Assembly: GCA_045159875.1 (NCBI GenBank)
Contig: CP067995.1
Span: 2,528,001 to 2,592,000, forward strand
Length of the DNA: 64,000 nt
Direction of reading: 5' to 3'
Origin: a cyanobacterium endosymbiont of Rhopalodia gibba
GTDB taxonomy: Bacteria > Cyanobacteriota > Cyanobacteriia > Cyanobacteriales > Microcystaceae
Shown here: positions 57,703 through 64,000 of the stretch, in pieces
Layout of the letters: each line of letters begins with the position of its first letter
Position numbering within the stretch: the stretch's first letter is position 1
The notes under the pieces: model-generated
What the model was told of the DNA's origin: nothing
The model's input: the letters and a program-made list of their open reading frames with translations, nothing else
Database searches by the model: none
Program-made: the position numbers and the translations under genes

Positions 57703-58869
57703 TTAAAGACTGCTGACAAATTGAGATAATCTGTCGATCCCTTTTTCGATAGAAGTTAAATCGGTAGCATATGATAAACGAATACAATTATCTGCTCCGA
57801 ATACTGTCCCTGGAACAGCTGTGACCTTTTGAGAGTCTAAGAGTGCGTCACAAAAATCGAGAGAACTAATTTTGGTTTGACTAATATCTGCAAAAACATA
57901 AAAAGCACCCATGGGGGTCGGACAACTTAGGTGAGGAATTGTCATAATTCCGTCCAAAATAACTTGACGGCGTTTAGTAAAGGCTTGTAGCATTTGATAG
58001 ACGGAGTCTTGAGATTCTTCTAAAGCGGCAATTGCTCCATATTGGGCAAAAGTACACACGTTAGAGGTACTATGACTTTGAATGATATTAGTAGCTTCAA
58101 TTAATTCTATAGGCGCAGCCAAATATCCTACACGCCACCCTGTCATTGAGTAGCTTTTAGCAAAGCCATTACTAATAATTGTACGATTAAAAATCTCAGA
58201 ACTCACTGCTCCAATGCTGAGATGTTCTGCCCCGTCATAGAGAATCTTTTCATAAATTTCGTCGGCAACAACCCACAAATTGTTCTCCACAATGACCTCA
58301 GCTAACGCTTTAATTTCTGTGGCAGAATAAACAGTTCCAGTTGGATTCGAGGGAGAATTTAGAACAAATAATTTTGTTTTAGGGGTAATCGCTTGACGCA
58401 GTTGATCTGAAGTGATTTTATAGCTTGTTTCTGTCGTTGTTTGCACAATCACCGGTGTTCCTGTTGCTAATTTAACCATTTCTGGATAACTTAACCAATA
58501 TGGAGCCGGGATAATTACTTCATCCCCAGGATCAATCAACGCTAACATCAAGTTAAATAAAGACTGTTTACCCCCATTGGTCACAATTATATTGTCTGGG
58601 GTATAGTTTAAATTGTTATCGATGCGTAACTTTTTAGCGATCGCCGCTCTTAGCGTAGGTTCCCCTGCCACCGGGCCATACTTAGTTTTTCCTTGATTTA
58701 TAGCGAGTTTGGCCGCTTCTTTGATATGTTGTGGGGTATCAAAGTCAGGTTCCCCAGTACTAAAGCTACAGACATCAATACCTTGTGCTTTCATTGCCTT
58801 AGCTTTGGCGGCAATTGCAAGGGTAATTGATTGAGAAACCTTCCCCACTCGTGTTGCCAGTTTAATCAT
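57703..58869 (-). CDS. aspC: PLP-dependent aspartate aminotransferase (class I)
   Basis: [21 protein letters not shown] and [14 protein letters not shown]. Confidence 0.88.
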   Translation of the reverse strand: MIKLATRVGKVSQSITLAIAAKAKAMKAQGIDVCSFSTGEPDFDTPQHIKEAAKLAINQGKTKYGPVAGEPTLRAAIAKKLRIDNNLNYTPDNIIVTNGGKQSLFNLMLALIDPGDEVIIPAPYWLSYPEMVKLATGTPVIVQTTTETSYKITSDQLRQAITPKTKLFVLNSPSNPTGTVYSATEIKALAEVIVENNLWVVADEIYEKILYDGAEHLSIGAVSSEIFNRTIISNGFAKSYSMTGWRVGYLAAPIELIEATNIIQSHSTSNVCTFAQYGAIAALEESQDSVYQMLQAFTKRRQVILDGIMTIPHLSCPTPMGAFYVFADISQTKISSLDFCDALLDSQKVTAVPGTVFGADNCIRLSYATDLTSIEKGIDRLSQFVSSL

Positions 58870-59009
58870 TCGATTCGATATTCCCAGGCCAAACAAACAA
58901 TAATTCTATCCATGATATCGTCTCACTGGTGGTGTATCTCAGGTTTTAACGAATACTTTCTTAAGTCCATAGAAAAATGGCACAATGAACTCATCAGAAT
59001 TTATCTTAA

Positions 59010-59762
59010 ATGTCTATGACTATGCATCCTCAATTACAGACAGCCTTAGCTCAACATAAAGCCCTCAAAGTGATTAGTGGATTAACCAATTTCGATACAG
59101 CGAACGTTACGGCTATTGTTAAAGCTGCCCAAGCTGGGGGCGCAACTTTTGTTGATATTGCCGCAGATGGGGCGTTGGTGCGCCATGTACGTCAATTAAT
59201 TGATTTACCTATTTGTGTCTCAGCAATTAAACCGACGTTGTTTATCGAAGCGGTTAAGGCCGGAGCAGATTTAATTGAAATCGGCAACTTTGATGCTTTT
59301 TATGCCCAAGGACGGCGATTTGAAGCAGAGGAAGTTTTAGCCTTAACCAAAGAAACCCGCTCTCTTCTCCCCGAAATTACCCTTTCGGTGACGGTTCCCC
59401 ATATTCTTCCCCTTGATGAACAAGCCCAATTAGCTGAGCGCTTAGTAGAACTTGGAGCTGATATTATCCAAACCGAAGGGGGATTCAGCAGCCAACCTAC
59501 TCATGCAGGAACTTTGGGGTTAATTGAAAAGGCTGCCCCCACTCTAGCTGCTGCTTACAGCATTTCTGATGCGGTATCTGTTCCGGTGTTGTGTGCGTCA
59601 GGGTTATCTTCTGTGACTGTTCCTATGGCGATTGCAGCTGGCGCATCCGGTGTGGGGGTAGGAGCAGCCATCAATCAACTTAATGACGAAGTAGCGATGG
59701 TCGCTGCCATTCGTTCTTTGGTAGAGGCATTAACCACAAGTCCAGCTATAATTCTCCGTTAA
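59010..59762 (+). CDS. ycf23: Ycf23/DUF561-family protein
   Basis: ALKVISGL.NFD, GGATFVDIAAD, IEIGNFD.FY and IIQTEGG. Confidence 0.88.
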   Translation: MSMTMHPQLQTALAQHKALKVISGLTNFDTANVTAIVKAAQAGGATFVDIAADGALVRHVRQLIDLPICVSAIKPTLFIEAVKAGADLIEIGNFDAFYAQGRRFEAEEVLALTKETRSLLPEITLSVTVPHILPLDEQAQLAERLVELGADIIQTEGGFSSQPTHAGTLGLIEKAAPTLAAAYSISDAVSVPVLCASGLSSVTVPMAIAAGASGVGVGAAINQLNDEVAMVAAIRSLVEALTTSPAIILR

Positions 59763-59782
59763 ATATTTCCTGGAATCGATCT

Positions 59783-59815
59783 ATAGAGACGTTTATTTAA
59801 CTCAAGCGTCTCTAT
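59783..59815. repeat. REP-like hairpin remnant / possible terminator
   Basis: atagagacgtt / aagcgtctctat resembles the cyanobacterial GTAGAGACG...CGTCTCTAC repeat. Confidence 0.6.
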
Positions 59816-60283
59816 TTTGATTAACTCGTTAAGCTGCCTAAACATAAAAATGAATATAAATAATTCCGAAGTAAAAAAATGGTAATTATTCAGAAATAGC
59901 TCTAATTTTAAACTAAAAAGGATAGAAAAATGTCATTACCTCAAAAAGGACTATCTGCTGATTATCATAAACTTGACAAATATTGTATCTATCAAAATTA
60001 ATGGTTGAGAATCAAAATTAATAAAATCATTCTAAAAAATTTCGACTAAGCTCAATAGAGACACAAGAATATTAAAATTTTTGTAAATATTTATCCTGTT
60101 AATTTTTTTGATTATATCTTAAGGGTTAGTATTCTACTGATTCAGATTAGTTAGATAAGATTTAGTCAATAATTAAAGTCTCAAGTTTATTTATAGTCAA
60201 CTTTATGAGCGCGAATGATAAGAAACTTATCATTATTTTAATTTTTTTATCTAGAGAACTAAAAATTAAAATAAATTGACTAG

Positions 60284-60324
60284 GATAACAGTCAGCAATT
60301 TCACCAAAATTGCTGACTGTTATC
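60284..60324. repeat. Perfect inverted repeat, 18-bp arms, 5-nt loop
   Basis: gataacagtcagcaattt cacca aaattgctgactgttatc. Confidence 0.95.
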
Positions 60325-60379
60325 ATTTTATGCTTATCCTTAATAATTGGAACTTAGATAGATTTGAGAGTAATTTGTA

Positions 60380-60607
60380 ATGAATACTTCAATAATTCGA
60401 CAACTTTGGTCTATAGTAGAAGAGAGCTCTGCCAGAACCTTAGTAAATTTAGATGACTCGGATTTAGTGAGTCAATTACTGAAGAAACTCGATGCACAAT
60501 ACTCCTTGTCCTCGGAAGAATTACAGGTCATGAAAGTTTATTTTCGTTCGAAAACTATTTTAATTCGAGATATTGCCCGTTCTCGTCTGGAAGACTTTTT
60601 TGATTAA
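60380..60607 (+). CDS. Small conserved cyanobacterial hypothetical protein
   Basis: RQLWSIVEE...LVNLDDSDLVSQLL...LIRDIA; clean ORF. Confidence 0.65.
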   Translation: MNTSIIRQLWSIVEESSARTLVNLDDSDLVSQLLKKLDAQYSLSSEELQVMKVYFRSKTILIRDIARSRLEDFFD

Positions 60608-60750
60608 CTTGTAGTCTGATACACACTTTTCTGACACAATCACCATAACTGATAACTTCTACTATTCCCTATCCCCACATTGTGTTGAAATCATGAAAGT
60701 ATCAGAATGGAATGTTTTAGTCCATCCCATTTGAGGAATCATAACTTATA

Positions 60751-62502
60751 GTGACAGTGATGAGGAAATCGTTAAAGAATTGTTCTTCGGTCGTACAAGT
60801 CTTGCTATCTGTGGGAGTCACATTTGTTTTATTGGCCTGTAATCGTCAACAAAACAACCTAAGTTCTCAGATAACACCCCAAAAACCAAGTGAAACCTTA
60901 AATTTATTGTACTGGCAGGCTCCCACTATTTTAAATCCTCATCTTTCTACAGGATTTAAAGATTCTGAAGCTAGTCGTATTACATTAGAACCTTTAGCCA
61001 GTTATGATAATCAAGGTAACCTAATACCTTTTTTAGCCGCTGAAATTCCCTCTATAGAAAATGGGGGTATTTCGCCTGATGGCAAATCGGTAACATGGAA
61101 ATTGAAAGAAGGAATCAAATGGTCAGATGGAGCCCCATTTGTGGCTGATGATGTAGTATTTACCTATCGATTTATTACTAATCCTAAAGTAGGTTCAACT
61201 AGTGCAAATAATTATGCCTCTGTTGAAACAGTCGAAGCCATAAACGAAAATACAGTAAAAGTAGTTTTCAAGCAACCTAATCCAGCTTGGAATCTTCCTT
61301 TTATTGGTGGAGGAGGAATGATTTTACCTCGCCATCTTTATGAAGGATATAACGGTGAAAATGCACGGCAAGCCCCTGAGAATCTAATTCCTATTGGGAC
61401 AGGTCCTTATAAGGTTGTAGAATTTAAACCTGGGGATGTAGTGGTTTATCAAGTGAATTCCCATTTCCGGGAAGTTGATAAACTAGAGTTTAAAAGAATT
61501 AAATTGAAAGGAGGTGGAGATGCCGCTTCTGCCGCACGAGCGGTGTTACAAACAGGCGATGTAGACTATGCTTATAATCTACAAGTGGAAGTTAACATTT
61601 TAAACCAATTGGAAGCAGGTGGAACTGGAAAAATAAAATCTATTTTTGGAGGGACTAGTGAAAGAATTTTAATTAATTTAACTGATCCAAATAAACCAAC
61701 AGCAGAGGGAGAAAAATCTAGTTTAAAGTTTCCCCATCCTTTTTTTCAAAATAAGCAAGTAAGAGAAGCTTTTAGTTTAGCAATAGATCGGGATACGATT
61801 GCTAAACAATTGTATGGAATAACCGGAAAAGCCACCTCAAACTTTTTAATTGCTCCTTCACAATACAATTCTCCTAATACAAGTTACGAGTTTAACTTAG
61901 AGAAAGCATCAAAGTTATTAGACAAGACAGGGTGGAAAGACTCTAATAATAATGGAATTCGAGATAAAAATGGAACAGAAATGAAAGTAGTCTTTCAAAC
62001 CTCAGTAAACCCACTACGCCAAAAAACGCAAGAAATTGTTAAGCAAGGACTACGAAAAATTGGGGTAGATGTTGAACTTAAAAATGTTGATGCAAGTATT
62101 TTCTTTTCCAGTGACCCGGCAAATAATGATACAGTAGAACATTTTTATGCTGATTTAGAAATGTTCACGACAGGAAATGGGAATCCTGATCCTAGTACTT
62201 ATATGAAGACCTATATGTGTGATACCATTCCTCAAAAATCAAATAACTGGTCTGGAGATAATTATTCTCGATATTGTAACCCAGAATATGATAGACTATG
62301 GCAACAAGCAACCCAAGAATTAGATACTAAAAAACGACAAGAAATTTTTATTAAAATGAACGATATTCTGGTTAATGATTTTGTAGTAATTCCCTTAATT
62401 CATCGAGCTGATGTTGTTGGAATTAGTGATAACATTCAGGGATTTAAATCAACTCCTTGGGACTTTAATACCTGGAATATTAAAGATTGGAAAATAAACT
62501 AA
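60751..62502 (+). CDS. Peptide ABC transporter substrate-binding lipoprotein
   Basis: LLAC lipobox, WQAPTILNPH, KWSDG.PF.ADDVVFT and PIGTGPY (SBP family 5). Confidence 0.93.
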   Translation: MTVMRKSLKNCSSVVQVLLSVGVTFVLLACNRQQNNLSSQITPQKPSETLNLLYWQAPTILNPHLSTGFKDSEASRITLEPLASYDNQGNLIPFLAAEIPSIENGGISPDGKSVTWKLKEGIKWSDGAPFVADDVVFTYRFITNPKVGSTSANNYASVETVEAINENTVKVVFKQPNPAWNLPFIGGGGMILPRHLYEGYNGENARQAPENLIPIGTGPYKVVEFKPGDVVVYQVNSHFREVDKLEFKRIKLKGGGDAASAARAVLQTGDVDYAYNLQVEVNILNQLEAGGTGKIKSIFGGTSERILINLTDPNKPTAEGEKSSLKFPHPFFQNKQVREAFSLAIDRDTIAKQLYGITGKATSNFLIAPSQYNSPNTSYEFNLEKASKLLDKTGWKDSNNNGIRDKNGTEMKVVFQTSVNPLRQKTQEIVKQGLRKIGVDVELKNVDASIFFSSDPANNDTVEHFYADLEMFTTGNGNPDPSTYMKTYMCDTIPQKSNNWSGDNYSRYCNPEYDRLWQQATQELDTKKRQEIFIKMNDILVNDFVVIPLIHRADVVGISDNIQGFKSTPWDFNTWNIKDWKIN

Positions 62503-62549
62503 AGTCAACTTTTAAGTTTAGTATAAATAATACAAAGTCTAGTTGTGAA

Positions 62550-63580
62550 ACCTTACTTCTAACAAAGGAAAGACAATATAGATAAGAATAAGGTCTAGAT
62601 ATCCTCTTTTTTAAAACCTAAAAAAAGAAGTGCCAGAAAAATCTAAATTCTGTAGATTTAAAAGTGTTCTTATGGAGAAATTCTCAACAATAGTGTGCTA
62701 GCTGTAGCAATAAATTATGCTCATAATAAAGAAGTTATCAAAAAATATAGTAAATTTGGAGAAGAAAAGATTTAAAAAATTAAGAATAAAAAATTAAAGC
62801 AAAAAGAAGAAAATAAACCTTAACTAATAAACTACTTAAAAAAGTAGACTAGTAATTAAAATTGAGATCAATAGATAGACGAATATAAACACAATTAAAA
62901 GTACTCGTAGAGAGATACAATTGTGGCAATAAAGTTTTGGACTAAAGAGAATAAATTTGTTTAAAAAAGTGCAGATATTCTGGTCAGAATTTTAAACACA
63001 AATTATAGGAAAAGAGAGTTTATTAGACAAAAAAAATATTTAAATTTGACCTTCAAAAGTTTAAAAAATAGAAAGAAGAGATCTAGCAACCTAAGTAGAT
63101 ATATGTTTTTTTGATAGACCTAGAATAGAATTGAGGACAATCAAAAGAAAAGTTGGAAGTTCCATGTGAAAAAAACCAACTATTGTGGTAGACTGAAGCT
63201 GTGAACGGTCATAATGTCTGTGGATTAATTAAACTACTTACGGGAAAAGCCTTATGGAATTTAATTCCAAGAATAAATACAAAATGGCTGAATTTAGTTA
63301 GTGAACATCTGGCTAAAACGGCAGACAGTTTCATAGCGTAAAGAGACAAATTACTTTAAAAATTACTGGATATATTTGCCAGCTTACTCTCCAGAGTTAG
63401 AGCTAGTAAAGTGATTGTAGATACTATGTAGATAACTGTTTATTTTATGAGTATTTTCAAAAAACTCTAAGTACAGAAGAAGTCTTACTAAATAGTTGTT
63501 ATATTCGCGGTTAAATAAAACAATCAAAGATTTAACCAATGATAATGAGTTAAATCTTTGATTGTTTTAGGCTGGTATAG
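62550..63580 (+). mobile_element. Decayed IS630-family element, copy B
   Basis: Remnants LTGKALWNLIPRINTKWLNLV and YLPAYSPELE; ends in ggtatag; homologous to 21780-22890. Confidence 0.85.
63516..63569. repeat. Perfect inverted repeat, 21-bp arms, at the end of IS630 copy B
   Basis: taaaacaatcaaagatttaac / gttaaatctttgattgtttta. Confidence 0.95.
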
Positions 63581-63640
63581 CCATCGAATTTAATATAATA
63601 GTTGCATTGCACAAAACTCAATATATTGGATCATTATCAA

Positions 63641-64000
63641 ATGACATCTTACTTAATTAAGCGTTTATCAACCGCCATTCCCACTCTACTTGTCATTAGT
63701 ATTGTTATTTTTACTATTTTAGCTTTAGCTCCAGGTAATCCTTTGGGAGAATTTGCTTCCAACCCGGCCATTACACCAGAGATAAGAGAAAATATTCGTA
63801 AAAATCTAGGGTTAGATCAACCAATTTATATTCGTTATATAAAATGGATTTTAGCTTTTATTAGAGGAGATTTAGGCTATTCTTTTACTAGTAAAAGCCC
63901 AGTTATTTATCTGATTTTACAACGAATCCCTACTACATTATGGGTGGCTGGAACTGCTTATCTCCTAAGTTTTTTGATTGCTTTTCCTTTAGGAATAGTT
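63641..64000 (+). CDS. Peptide ABC transporter permease (OppB/DppB type), truncated by the window end
   Basis: MTSYLIKRLSTAIPTLLVISIVIFTILALAPGNP...LGLDQPIYIRYIKW...GDLGYS; open to the edge and absent from the ORF track. Confidence 0.9.
   Translation, partial: MTSYLIKRLSTAIPTLLVISIVIFTILALAPGNPLGEFASNPAITPEIRENIRKNLGLDQPIYIRYIKWILAFIRGDLGYSFTSKSPVIYLILQRIPTTLWVAGTAYLLSFLIAFPLGIV

Noticed and set aside
19100..58645. HIP1 octamers GCGATCGC (e.g. ~19100, 20564, 33734, 39240, 58637)
   Set aside because: An ordinary cyanobacterial feature; I cannot assess depletion without counting genome-wide.
2805..59019. Short ORFs nested in or antisense to real genes (2805, 8248, 11731, 12272, 13973, 14320, 18182, 23301, 26969, 27677, 30493, 35401, 39711, 46521, 47192, 51005, 51108, 51138, 58831)
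   Set aside because: They are alternative-frame artefacts overlapping well-supported CDSs.

Overview
The window is AT-rich, low-coding-density DNA from a unicellular cyanobacterium in mid-stage genome decay. Intact housekeeping genes (hemL, hemC, hemF, ftsH3, sigG plus anti-sigma, aas, rnhA, amt, ribD, rpmG-rpsR-rnb, zds, thiE/thiS, ilvB, aspC, peptide ABC transporter parts, a Na+/solute symporter, an MFS sugar transporter) and a 6S RNA gene are separated by 1-3.5 kb spacers. Read by hand, these spacers contain eroded pseudogenes (psbF/psbL of photosystem II, gpsA, a fatty acyl-AMP ligase, a DUF2997-ycf35-ferredoxin cluster, a GT4 glycosyltransferase, a sulfotransferase, GGCT, DUF167, SIMPL) and fossil mobile elements (IS982, several IS630, IS200/IS605 right ends, REP-like hairpins). 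This pattern fits a non-photosynthetic N2-fixing endosymbiont such as the spheroid body (diazoplast) of rhopalodiacean diatoms; that is an inference, and no nif genes are in this window. The most striking unexplained signal is more than 15 long perfect or near-perfect inverted repeats (12-24 bp arms, two with no loop). They share no sequence with each other, lie only in non-coding or pseudogene DNA, and in two cases have one arm that still reads as the ancestral protein. This suggests an ongoing template-switch (quasi-palindrome perfection) mutational process rather than a repeat family. All homologies were recognised by manual translation; no searches were run.
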